Shown: positions 27,689 through 37,122 of the stretch, piece after piece | Layout: each line of letters starts with the position of its first letter | Position numbering within the stretch: the first letter of the stretch is position 1 | Assembly: GCA_964633875.1 (NCBI GenBank) | Contig: CAZWKL010000005.1 | Span: 12,412-76,411 of the forward strand | Direction: 5' to 3' | Length of the DNA stretch: 64,000 bases | Source: an uncultured Pseudomonadales bacterium | GTDB taxonomy: Bacteria > Patescibacteriota > Microgenomatia > UBA1400 > PJMF01 | Notes under the pieces: model-generated | Database searches by the model: none | Told to the model about the DNA's origin: nothing | Seen by the model: the letters and a program-made list of their open reading frames with translations, nothing else | Program-made: the position numbers and the translations under genes

Positions 27689-28972
27689 ATGCCCGCAGCC
27701 AAAGACATCCTCGGTCTCAACTCCCGCAATCAGCTTTTTGTTTCCCTGAATCCCGCCTCTTCGCGGAGTTTTGCTTCCTCCAAGTACGCTACCAAGCTGT
27801 TACTTGATAGCAAAGACATTCCAGTGGCCAAAATCTTCGGTTTGCTGGCCACTAATGAAGATGTCAACGACTTTGACTGGTTTTCTCTCAAGAATAATTT
27901 TGTGATTAAACCCACTAACGGCAGTGCCGGCAAAGGCATTGTGGCTTTCAAAAAACAGCTGCCTGACGGCAAACACTGGCTGGATGTTTTGGACAAAACC
28001 TGGTCGATTGATGATATTTTGTTTCACTGCTACGACATCTTGGATGGGCAGTACAGCACTTGGGGAGCTCAACACAACATTATTGTGGAAGAAAGAATTA
28101 TTACCCACCCAACAATTGCCAAATACTGTCAAAAGGGTACTCCTGACCTTAGGGTGATTGTCTTTAATTCCGTTCCTGTCATGGCTATGCTCAGGCTGCC
28201 AACAGAAGAATCCGAGGGGAGAGCCAATCTGCACCAGGGAGCCATTGGTGCTGGCGTGGATATGACTACTGGCGTCACTACTCACGCTATTACCGGCAAA
28301 GGCAAATCAATCCAATACTTGCCGGGAACCAAAAAGAAACTTAATGGTATTAAAATTCCCAACTGGAAAGACTATTTGCTGACAGCTGTCCAGGCAGCAG
28401 AAGCCGCCCATCTCAAATTTTCCGGCATTGATCTTTTTATCAGTGAAGACAGAGGACCGCTGGTGGTGGAGCTTAACGCCAATCCTGGACTTTCAATCCA
28501 ACTCGCCAACGAAGCCGGACTAAGAAGACGATTGGAAAGAGTAGCTGATCTCCAAGTCCAGAATCCCGAGCATGGTGTCAGGATTGGCCGGTCTTTATTT
28601 GCCACTATTTATGCTGATAAAATTATTTCCCAGGAAGGTTTGGCCGTCGTCAATCCCAAGGAAAAAATTATTGTCTACAGCGATGCCAAAGAGAGAATAG
28701 AAGTACCGGCGCTGCTGCACACCGGCCGCTTTAGGAGTGCGATTTCTTACAGCCTGGCACAAGATTTGGGCCTGCTGGACCCGGAAGACTTGCTTTGGTT
28801 TCAAAGAGAAAAAAGAGAGGGTATGGCTCCTGTAGTAGAAACCACCATTAAAATTAAAGACCGGAAAATCAACACTGCCATGGTTGTTTCCAAGAGACTG
28901 AATAAAACCAAGCATAAAATGGAAATTGGCCGCCGCGATCTAGCTGGCTTTTTAATAGGCACCAGCCAATAA
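27689..28972 (+). CDS. Alpha-L-glutamate ligase-related ATP-grasp protein with C-terminal retropepsin-like domain
   Basis: ILGLNSRN, FVIKP..GSAGKG, DLRVIV, AMLRLPT.ES.GRANLHQG, ELNANPGLSIQLAN; C-term LHTG...IGRRDL. Confidence 0.85.
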   Translation: MPAAKDILGLNSRNQLFVSLNPASSRSFASSKYATKLLLDSKDIPVAKIFGLLATNEDVNDFDWFSLKNNFVIKPTNGSAGKGIVAFKKQLPDGKHWLDVLDKTWSIDDILFHCYDILDGQYSTWGAQHNIIVEERIITHPTIAKYCQKGTPDLRVIVFNSVPVMAMLRLPTEESEGRANLHQGAIGAGVDMTTGVTTHAITGKGKSIQYLPGTKKKLNGIKIPNWKDYLLTAVQAAEAAHLKFSGIDLFISEDRGPLVVELNANPGLSIQLANEAGLRRRLERVADLQVQNPEHGVRIGRSLFATIYADKIISQEGLAVVNPKEKIIVYSDAKERIEVPALLHTGRFRSAISYSLAQDLGLLDPEDLLWFQREKREGMAPVVETTIKIKDRKINTAMVVSKRLNKTKHKMEIGRRDLAGFLIGTSQ

Positions 28973-28977
28973 TTATT

Positions 28978-29958
28978 ATGGGCATTATCCTCGACCTCAT
29001 TCCCACTAACTTAGATTCCGAAAAAGCTAAATTCTACGCTGACGCTCATTACAATCCTCAGTTTACCTATGTTAGGGAATTTACTGATGAAGAGATGAAC
29101 AAGTATGATCATCCCAAAAAAGAGTATTTTGAACATGCTCAAAAAATGCTTGAGCTGTACGGGTTGCCCTTGCTGTCGGGGGAAGTCGAGAGTTTTCCGC
29201 CAGATACACCACCTTACGCAACTCAACAGGAGGTGGAAAACTACCTTCGGGATCTGGTTGGAAAATTGGGCCTTCCCGATCTACCGGTACGTTTTTCCGA
29301 AGAATTTGGCTCCCAGATGATGTTGGTGGGAGGTAGTTTGCACATTCGCCTGCCAATTAAATTTACCACCAACAACCTCAGACATAAGTTGAATCATGAA
29401 ATTCAAACTCACTACTTGCGCCGTTACAACCAAGACTTGCAGGAGTGGAATCTTGAATCGGAAAAAAAAGACCCTCAAGCTTTCAGAACTACCGAAGAAG
29501 GTCTGGCAAATTTGCACTCTTTCGTCGAGCGCCCGGATCCGGTCATGCGTAAAACTTACCTCAATTACTTTGCTGCCTACTTTGGTCATCACGCTTCCTT
29601 CAGGCAACTCTACAACGAACTGATTGCTGTTGGCGTCAATGAACGCCTGGCCTGGAACTTGACGCTGAAACAAAAGCGGGGCTTGAAAGATACCAGCCTG
29701 CCTGGCGGCTGGTCCAAAAACCACATTTATTTTGAAGGCACGGTTAAAGTTTGGCGCTGGCTTGCAGACAGTACCAACGACCCCAGAGCTTTGTACTACG
29801 GCAGGATTACGCTTGAAGATGTGCCGCGCGTGCTTGAGTTGCCTCTTAGCCAAGACATCATTTTTCCGACTTTTTATCAAGACCTCAACTCATACCGGCA
29901 ACTGATTGATGCTATCGGGGAAATCAATAAGCTGTCGGCACTGCCGGTTTTTACCTAA
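28978..29958 (+). CDS. DUF1704 / MATCAP-like metallocarboxypeptidase
   Basis: YNPQF.Y, HEIQTH, EEGLA, KRGLKDTS, K..IYFEG. Confidence 0.8.
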   Translation: MGIILDLIPTNLDSEKAKFYADAHYNPQFTYVREFTDEEMNKYDHPKKEYFEHAQKMLELYGLPLLSGEVESFPPDTPPYATQQEVENYLRDLVGKLGLPDLPVRFSEEFGSQMMLVGGSLHIRLPIKFTTNNLRHKLNHEIQTHYLRRYNQDLQEWNLESEKKDPQAFRTTEEGLANLHSFVERPDPVMRKTYLNYFAAYFGHHASFRQLYNELIAVGVNERLAWNLTLKQKRGLKDTSLPGGWSKNHIYFEGTVKVWRWLADSTNDPRALYYGRITLEDVPRVLELPLSQDIIFPTFYQDLNSYRQLIDAIGEINKLSALPVFT

Positions 29959-30007
29959 AAAAGAACAGACTGATGTATAAAATTGTGATTTTAGACTGAG
30001 GAGCCTG

Positions 30008-30754
30008 ATGATTTTTCCGTTGTATAAACCTCTGGGGCAGTCTGCTCACTTGTTAGCTCAAGCCGCAGGGAAGAGACGGGGTGAAAAAGCGACGCACACC
30101 GGCACTTTGGACCCCATGGCAGAAGGAGTTTTACTAGTTTTGACCGGCGAGGACCGGTTTAAAAAAGGCTCGCTGAGTGAATATGCCAAAATTTACGAAT
30201 TTGCGGCTCTGCTGGGGGTGAGTACTGATTCCAATGACCTGCTGGGACTGGTGACGGCAGTTGAAAAAGGCGGGTTTTCTTTGGATGAAGTTAAGTTGCG
30301 GGCAGCTGCTCAAACATTTGCCGGCCGGCAACAACAAAGATTGCCGGATTTTTCAGCCAAAAGAAGCGGAGGCGAGAGCTACTTTGATCTTGCTAAAGCC
30401 GGTAGAAAACCGCCTGCGGCTTATGAAGAAATAGAAATTTACTCTCTTGAGTTGGCTAAGCTCAAAAAAATATCTGCTCAGCAACTGAAGCAGGCGCTAA
30501 CCCAAAAAATCAAGCTGGTTGAAGGAGATTTCCGGCAGCTGGAAATATTAGACCGCTGGCAACAATTTTTCCTCCAAGATGCCCCGGAAAGCTTTTGGCT
30601 GGCTTCCTTTACTGCTCAAGTTTCCAAGCGGACATATATTAGGGCGCTAGTGAGAGATTTGGGAGCTAAACTTGGTATTCCCACCACTACTTTTAGCCTG
30701 GTCCGCACTGCTAATGGTCCTTACACCATCGCGGATTGCCTCTGCCTGATATAA
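30008..30754 (+). CDS. truB: tRNA pseudouridine(55) synthase TruB-like
   Basis: HTGTLDPMAEGVL, P.FSAK, TYIRALVRDLG. Confidence 0.8.
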   Translation: MIFPLYKPLGQSAHLLAQAAGKRRGEKATHTGTLDPMAEGVLLVLTGEDRFKKGSLSEYAKIYEFAALLGVSTDSNDLLGLVTAVEKGGFSLDEVKLRAAAQTFAGRQQQRLPDFSAKRSGGESYFDLAKAGRKPPAAYEEIEIYSLELAKLKKISAQQLKQALTQKIKLVEGDFRQLEILDRWQQFFLQDAPESFWLASFTAQVSKRTYIRALVRDLGAKLGIPTTTFSLVRTANGPYTIADCLCLI

Positions 30755-30766
30755 TAATGCCCCTAA

Positions 30767-31939
30767 ATGACCGGAAAACAAACCAAATACCAATCAAATA
30801 AGGTTCAAGCTTCACACCGGCAGCCGAAAATTAAGGTTGCGGTGGGAATGTCTGGCGGGGTTGATTCATCGCTGGCTGCCCATTTGCTGGTAGAGCAGGG
30901 GTATGATGTCACCGGAGTTTTTCTGGAGTGTTGGCGCGCACCCGGCTGCCGCAGTGATGAGGACCGTAAAGATGCCCTGGAAGTGGCGCTGGGTTTAAAC
31001 GTTCCTTTCAAAGTTTTGGATTTTAAAGCAGCTTACCGCCAACAAGTGGTGGAAAACTTCTTTGCCGAGTACGAAGCCGGCCGGACTCCCAACCCAGACG
31101 TGCTTTGCAACAAAGAAATCAAGTTTGGCCTGTTTTATGACTGGGCCATGAGTGAGGGTTTTGATTATATTGCCACCGGACATTATGCCAAAAAAGTGGC
31201 AATTGAGGCGCAAAATTTCCTGGCCATTCCTGCTGATCACGCTAAAGATCAGACTTATTTTATGCACTTGATCACTCAAAACCAACTTGATCACACTATT
31301 TTTCCTCTGCAGGAACTTAACAAAAATCAGGTTCGCACCGAAGCCAAAAAAAGAAAGATTCATGTGGCGGAGAAAAAAGATTCTGTCGGCATTTGTTTTA
31401 TCGGCGATATCAACGTGCATGATTTCCTCGAGGAGAGGCTCGGGAAAAATCCGGGCGAGGTGGTTGATACTCAAGGTAACGTCATTGGCGCTCATCAAGG
31501 GTTATGGTTTTATACTGTCGGCCAACGCAGCGGTTTTACCGTTAACCAAACTAGCCTGGTCAAACACACTGACGGCTCCACCATTACTAAACACAACATC
31601 CCGCCTTTTTATGTGATTGGTAAGGATGCAGAGAAAAACCAGCTGGTGGTTGGGTTTGGGAGCAAGACTTTTAGGGACGAGTTTAGTATTTCCGGGCTGC
31701 ACCTTATCGACCCAAAAAGTTCGTCTGTTTTGCGCGAAGAAAGGCTGAAAGTTAGAATCCGTCACACCGGCGAGTTAATTCCTTGCCAAGTTGAGGGCAA
31801 TTCTAAAGTTATTTTGGAGAAACCGACTAAAGGCATCGCGGCAGGGCAGAGCGCGGTGTTTTATCAGCAGACCGGGAATGAGATTATTTGTCTTGGGGGT
31901 GGGGTGATTGAGTTTGGTATTGAGGATCTACACGCATAA
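30767..31939 (+). CDS. mnmA: tRNA 2-thiouridine(34) synthase
   Basis: MSGGVDSS, TPNPDVLCN, ATGHYA, KDQTYF, GICFIG, GQSAVFY. Confidence 0.97.
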   Translation: MTGKQTKYQSNKVQASHRQPKIKVAVGMSGGVDSSLAAHLLVEQGYDVTGVFLECWRAPGCRSDEDRKDALEVALGLNVPFKVLDFKAAYRQQVVENFFAEYEAGRTPNPDVLCNKEIKFGLFYDWAMSEGFDYIATGHYAKKVAIEAQNFLAIPADHAKDQTYFMHLITQNQLDHTIFPLQELNKNQVRTEAKKRKIHVAEKKDSVGICFIGDINVHDFLEERLGKNPGEVVDTQGNVIGAHQGLWFYTVGQRSGFTVNQTSLVKHTDGSTITKHNIPPFYVIGKDAEKNQLVVGFGSKTFRDEFSISGLHLIDPKSSSVLREERLKVRIRHTGELIPCQVEGNSKVILEKPTKGIAAGQSAVFYQQTGNEIICLGGGVIEFGIEDLHA

Positions 31940-32879
31940 GCATTTCAATCAACCTCAACTTGAAAAATGTCCTGGTGTTAAGTAGCGCATCTTTCCATCT
32001 GTCGGGGCCTTTATCAGCCATTACTCTTTGTTCATGTTTATAACTATCTTCTAATCCTTTACCTATAAGAAACCGGGTGGGAACACCACCAATGCTGATA
32101 CCTCTCACATCTGCTGGTGATTCAACTAAACGTTGTTTGGGATTTCCTGCTTGGTCCACCTCTTCTTCATTGTACATAGACACCACTTCGCCATTTTCGT
32201 TCACTCGGATACTTTGAAGAGTTTCAACATCAGTCTCCCCATCCCTGTCTACTTTTCCGCTCAAGCCACTAAATAAATGGGCATCTATTACTTCTTTCCC
32301 AGCTTCGTCTAAGATACTAAATTGTCTAAACAAGTATGAAGTAAGCCCTCTCGGATGCGGTTCGGCATTACTTTCATTAATTGTTGATAACTTGATAATT
32401 CCTTTTTCATTCAGTTCTTTTAGGGCAGCCTCAACTTCTTCCAACATATCCACTGGGACCAGTAAATCAACATCATTAAATGTGTCTCCCTCTACTCCGA
32501 ACTCTTCTTGATGCACCATTTCGACAGGAATCAAATGCCCTTGATGTAGGCTTAAAGCCCATAAATAAATAGCTACAGATCGAGTAATAACCAAGGGCAC
32601 ATCATGTTTTTCAAAAACTTCTTGCACAGGACCTATAATTTTTAATAGACGTTTTAAGACCTCATAGAGAGCGTATTCTTTCTCGATTTTCCGAACTTTT
32701 TCTTCTGGAATACCTGGCTCATGTCTCAAATCAGAAACTAGTTCAAATTCAGGAAACTTAGGAGAGAAATCTGGTTCTTGGGACAAATCAGGTGCTGGTA
32801 TTTCGCGCACTAACGTAAGTCCTGGCACTGCAGACCCTTGTTCTCGATTTTCATCCACAGGACCATCTATTTCTGACAT
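31884..32879 (-). CDS. Acidic hypothetical protein, possible Pol-beta-type nucleotidyltransferase fold
   Basis: 331-aa AT-rich ORF; ITRSVA...NDVDLLV...IDAH pattern. Confidence 0.5.
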   Translation of the reverse strand: MSEIDGPVDENREQGSAVPGLTLVREIPAPDLSQEPDFSPKFPEFELVSDLRHEPGIPEEKVRKIEKEYALYEVLKRLLKIIGPVQEVFEKHDVPLVITRSVAIYLWALSLHQGHLIPVEMVHQEEFGVEGDTFNDVDLLVPVDMLEEVEAALKELNEKGIIKLSTINESNAEPHPRGLTSYLFRQFSILDEAGKEVIDAHLFSGLSGKVDRDGETDVETLQSIRVNENGEVVSMYNEEEVDQAGNPKQRLVESPADVRGISIGGVPTRFLIGKGLEDSYKHEQRVMADKGPDRWKDALLNTRTFFKLRLIEMLMRVDPQYQTQSPHPQDK

Positions 32880-32947
32880 ATAGATTTATTCTTACACAAA
32901 GTAAATAATGAAGTCCAGCAGCAGTAAATTCGTTAACAAAACACTCT

Positions 32948-32975
32948 TGACAATCACTTGCCAGATGTTAAGATA
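32948..32975 (+). promoter_or_regulatory. Probable sigma70 promoter of the 16S gene
   Basis: TTGACA followed after about 16 nt by TAAGAT, about 500 nt upstream of mature 16S. Confidence 0.5.
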
Positions 32976-32998
32976 TAAATCCTCATAGAGATCAAGTC

Positions 32999-33014
32999 TC
33001 CGCCAACTGGCGGA
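32999..33014. repeat. TCCGCC-N4-GGCGGA palindrome in rRNA leader
   Basis: TCCGCC-aact-GGCGGA. Confidence 0.85.
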
Positions 33015-33381
33015 CGAAACTAGTCTCCCCAAACAATTTAAGTTGTGCATTAGCCAAGATGATAGAGAGAATCAAACCTCTCTGTTTTTTGCTGATTCAA
33101 TTGGGAAAAGAGGATTGGCGGTAATTTAAGACCGCCCAGCTATTTAAAAAGTGAATATCTGACATAAACATGGTGGTAGAACCGCGACACAAAAGTGTGA
33201 GAAGCGGAACACTATCATGTTTTTTATGACAGTGATCCGTCATATTTGAACTTTGAGTTCAGTAAAGACTGCGAGTAATTCGCAGCACAAATACGTATAA
33301 CGTAAACACAATGAGCACAAATTCAAACCTCAATTAAGTCAATAGCTTTTTAGACTTCGGTTTAAAAAGTTAAAGAAATTC

Positions 33382-33422
33382 TTTATGAGAGTTTGATCCG
33401 CCGCAGGCGGATGAACGCTGGC
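33382..33422 (+). pseudogene. Duplicate of the 16S 5' end interrupted by palindrome TCCGCCGCAGGCGGA (33397-33411)
   Basis: TTTATGAGAGTTTGA-[palindrome]-TGAACGCTGGC, 87 nt upstream of the true 5' end. Confidence 0.9.
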
Positions 33423-33473
33423 CAGCTTTTGCCGGTCCAACGTAACAAACAATCATGAAGACAGCTTTTTTAT

Positions 33474-33509
<36 letters not shown>

Positions 33510-34503
33510 TGTGCCTTAGGCATGCAAGTCGAACGGGAAGTCTCCTTCGGGAGACAGAGAGTGGCAGACGGGTGAGTAACGCGTAGGAATCTACCCAGTA
33601 GTGGGGAATAGCCCACCGAAAGGTGGGGTAATACCGCATACGATCGCAAGATGAAATCTACCGCAAGGTGGAGCTATTGGAGGAGCCTGCGTGCTATCAG
33701 CTAGTTGGTGGGGTAATGGCCTACCAAGGCGACGACGGCTAGCCGATGTGAGAGCATGATCGGCCACAAGGCTACTGAGACACGGAGCCTACACCTACGG
33801 GTGGCAGCAACCGGGAATATTGCGCAATGGACGAAAGTCTGACGCAGCGACACCGCGTGTGGGAAGACGCTCTTCGGAGTGTAAACCACTGTGGCGAGGG
33901 ATGAAGTTCTGACAGTACCTCGCTAGAAAGCACCAGCTAACTACGTGCCAGAAGCTTCGGTAATACGTGGGGTGCAAGCGTTATCCGGATTTACTGGGCG
34001 TAAAGGGTCCGTCGGCGTCCCTGTAAGTCTCTTGTTCAAGCCCGAGGCTCAACTTCGGAAAGGCAAGGGAAACTGCAAGGATAGAGTTTGTTCGAGGAAA
34101 CTAGAATTCTTGGTGGAGGGGTGAAATCCGTAGATATCAAGAGGAATACCATGCGCGAAGGCAGGTTTCTAGGACATAACTGACGCTCAGGGACGAAAGC
34201 TTGGGTAGCAAATGGGATTAGAGACCCCAGTAGTCCAAGCTGTAAACATTCCTTGCTAGTTGTCCGCCTTTGGGTGGATGACGTAAGCTAACGCGTTAAG
34301 CAAGGCGCCTGGGGAGTACGACCGCAAGGTTAAAACTCAAAGGAATTGACGGGGGAGCGCACAACCGGTGGAGCATGTGGTTTAATTCGATACAAAGCGA
34401 AAAACCTTACCCGGATTTGACATGTACCTGCACGTCTGCCGAAAGGCAGACTTCTTCGAGAGTGGTACACAGGTGATGCATGGCTGTCGTCAGCTCGTGT
34501 CGT

Positions 34504-35392
34504 GAACAAAAAACTCGCGACCCGTACTAGAAATGGTACGAGAAAAATCTGGCTCATATCGGTGAAGTCCGGTTATCGCAAACTGTTTGCAAGGAAATTC
34601 TTGTAAACTTGCCATAATGGATAATACCGAGGGAAGTCGGGTAATTACGAGTGTCTTTAGAGCTCGGAAAAATCTTGAGCTCTGTTTAACTAATCGTCAA
34701 ATGTCCATAGTTCTAGGTTCAATTCTCGGTGACGCTTATGTCCATCCAAAAGGAAAAATCTGCTTTGAACACTCAGAGCAGCAAAAAAATTACCTTTTAT
34801 GGAAGTATGTAGAACTAAAGAATTTAGCTTATCCTCAAGTAGCAAAAGTTACTCGTAAGGATAGGCGGAACAACAAACAGACAATTAGTTGGCGGTTCTT
34901 CTTGAGGCAATATTTTCGCCCCCTGAGAGCTGCTTTCTATTTCAAAGGCAAAAAAGTAGTACCAGATGATCTTAATCTTTGGTTTACGCCCTTGCTTTTG
35001 TCGGTCTGGTACATGGATGACGGATACCTTGATCAAGGAAAATACCCAGTTTTTATGACTGAGTGCTTTGATAACAAAAATATAAGTCTTCTAACAGAAA
35101 TGTTAAGAGAAATATTTAAACTGCAAAGCATTATTACTTCCAAGAACAGGATCCGTATAGTTAGTAAAAGCAGAACACAATTCTTTTCACTGATAGAGCC
35201 GCATATTACTAAAGACCTCAAATATAAATTACCCTGACCCCGTAACGACTGGAAGCCGCTTATCAGGCGGTGGAAGATCCGCCCCAGGCGGATAACACGC
35301 CAGCCCCTATTTTCTGTAATTGATTTCTGTAATTGATTATAGAAAAAGGGTGAAGGTATAGTCTGGCATTTAGAGTAATCTAGATGGTTTTG
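34504..35392 (+). mobile_element. Group I intron in 16S after E. coli-equivalent U1078
   Basis: Exon ends in U, intron ends in G; P1 GTCGTGA/TCGCGAC with U-G at the splice site; core elements CGTAACGACT (35241) and GAAGGTATAGTCT (35352). Confidence 0.9.
34617..35237 (+). CDS. Intron-encoded two-motif LAGLIDADG homing endonuclease
   Basis: IVLGSILGDAY and LSVWYMDDG; start codon uncertain. Confidence 0.9.
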   Translation: MDNTEGSRVITSVFRARKNLELCLTNRQMSIVLGSILGDAYVHPKGKICFEHSEQQKNYLLWKYVELKNLAYPQVAKVTRKDRRNNKQTISWRFFLRQYFRPLRAAFYFKGKKVVPDDLNLWFTPLLLSVWYMDDGYLDQGKYPVFMTECFDNKNISLLTEMLREIFKLQSIITSKNRIRIVSKSRTQFFSLIEPHITKDLKYKLP

Positions 35393-35699
35393 GAGACGTC
35401 TATTTAAGTATAGTAACGAGCGCAACCCTTGCCGTATGTTATACGTGTCATGCGGGACTGCCTGTGCATTGCACAGGAGGAAGGAGAGGACGACGTCAAG
35501 TCAGCATGTCCCTTACATCCGGGGCTACACACATCCTACAATGGGGTAGACAACAGGTATAGCAACAGCGCGAGCTAGAGCCAATCCTCTAAACTACTCC
35601 TCAGTTCGGATTGGAGGCTGCAATTCGCCTCCATGAAGCCGGAATCGGTAGTAATCGCAAATCAGCAGGTTGCGGTGAATACGTTCTCGCTCCTTGTAC

Positions 35700-36605
35700 A
35701 AATAAATATGCGCCTTCCGCGCATACTATCCAGTTAGTTTAAATCTAACGTGTCATAAGCAAGTAGACACAAGCAAAATTGCAAGCCTATCCGGGTAACC
35801 GGCAGGCTGAAGGGCAAAAGTAGCGGTGGTCAGCTTGGAGTTTAAACGGCATAGTGCTGTGAGGATCCTGCGTACAACTGGAGAACTCACTTGCTAACAC
35901 AAACAGCACTCTGTATGTGGGCTCGAGATGATCGCGAATGGATAGTATGTGAACGAAGGGAGATCCTGTTTGCTCTCTATTTGATGCAAAGAAAATAGAG
36001 TATAGTGAAGGTAACAACACTAAATTAGTAAGCAGGAAGTCTGCAGAGGTCATAGTATCAGCGCCTTGGCGTTGAGAAGGACCAAACTTAGTGTCATGAA
36101 ATTGTCTCCTGAATATGTGTGCGGGTTTGTTGATGGCGAAGGTTGCTTCACTATCACCATTGCCAAGCACAAACAGAAAAAACTCGGCATCGATGCCCGT
36201 CTTCATTTTGAGATTGAAGTGCGAGCAGATGATATTGAAATTCTGAGAAGAATTCAAGAAACGCTGGAGTGTGGCAGAATATATCATCTCAATTATGAGA
36301 GGTATGGCTGGCATCCCCATGCAGAATTCAAGGTTTCTTCTTTAAAGGACATTAGAGAAAAAGTAATACCATTCTTTCAAAGGTATCCACTTCAGGCAAA
36401 GAAAAAGGTTGCTTTTGACCAATTCGTTAAAGCAGCAAAGATTTTTGCCGAAAAGCGACACCTAACCTCAGAAGGTATTAAAGAATTAAAACAAATCAGG
36501 AAACAAATGAATATATATAGACACCAAGGGTTCGCCACGGTGCGGGAAAACCGCGCGCCGGGCGGCGAGAGACACATGAATCAGTGATGACATGATGATC
36601 TCAGA
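35700..36605 (+). mobile_element. Group II-type intron in 16S at E. coli-equivalent 1395/1396 (ends +/-1)
   Basis: TGCGCC near 5' end, D1 closing stem 35713-35732/35939-35959, EBS1-like GTACAA, D3-like GGAAGTCTGCAGAGGTCATAGTA, D5-like hairpin 36532-36565. Confidence 0.8.
36096..36587 (+). CDS. Intron-encoded single-motif LAGLIDADG homing endonuclease
   Basis: LSPEYVCGFVDGEGCF, IPFF..YPLQAKK..F, HLT.EG. Confidence 0.92.
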   Translation: MKLSPEYVCGFVDGEGCFTITIAKHKQKKLGIDARLHFEIEVRADDIEILRRIQETLECGRIYHLNYERYGWHPHAEFKVSSLKDIREKVIPFFQRYPLQAKKKVAFDQFVKAAKIFAEKRHLTSEGIKELKQIRKQMNIYRHQGFATVRENRAPGGERHMNQ

Positions 36606-36878
36606 ACACTGCCCGTCAAGCCAGCAAAGTCAGCAACGCCCGAAGCGGGTGACCGTAATTATCTTTTGATGAAGCGGCCCTTCTACGGCGAGGTTGGCGA
36701 TGAGGACTAAGTCGTAACAAGGTATCCGTACTGGAAGGTGCGGATGGATCACCTCCTTTCTAAGGAGATGGGTAGGAGCAATCACGACCTCCTGTTTCCC
36801 GCGCTTAGTAATAAGCGCAAAACAAATTAAAAAAATCCCGTGGCTATCATACCCGGGCCGTGTCCGCCGGAAGCGGAT

Positions 36879-36913
36879 CGGCTCTACCACCATGTTTGTG
36901 TCAGAATTCACTT
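36879..36913 (+). other. 3' arm of the 16S processing stem (pairs with 33149-33184)
   Basis: CGGCTCTACCACCATGTTTGTGTCAGAATTCACTT is near-complementary to leader AAGTGAATATCTGACATAAACATGGTGGTAGAACCG. Confidence 0.85.
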
Positions 36914-37053
36914 AAACATTTTCCAAACTTTTGTTAATTTCAGCAAGAATTGGTCAAGCCAGTGAGCTAGTTTAATGATATCTTCTATATCAAAACATAT
37001 CTTTATACATCATTTTTCCTTGATACATCAACCAGAAAAATTTCAGCCGCAAT

Positions 37054-37080
37054 TTAGCAGTCTTTTTTCTTGTCTGCTAA
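37054..37080. promoter_or_regulatory. CIRCE-like operator upstream of nudix-clpB
   Basis: TTAGCAGTC-N9-GTCTGCTAA. Confidence 0.8.
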
Positions 37081-37122
37081 TTACTACTTCACACCATCTC
37101 ATAATCTAGTTACAATAACTGA

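Noticed and set aside
34263-34278. TCCGCC-tttg-GGTGGA inside mature 16S
   Set aside because: Forms a normal variable helix of 16S; resemblance to the palindrome may be chance and needs an alignment to judge.
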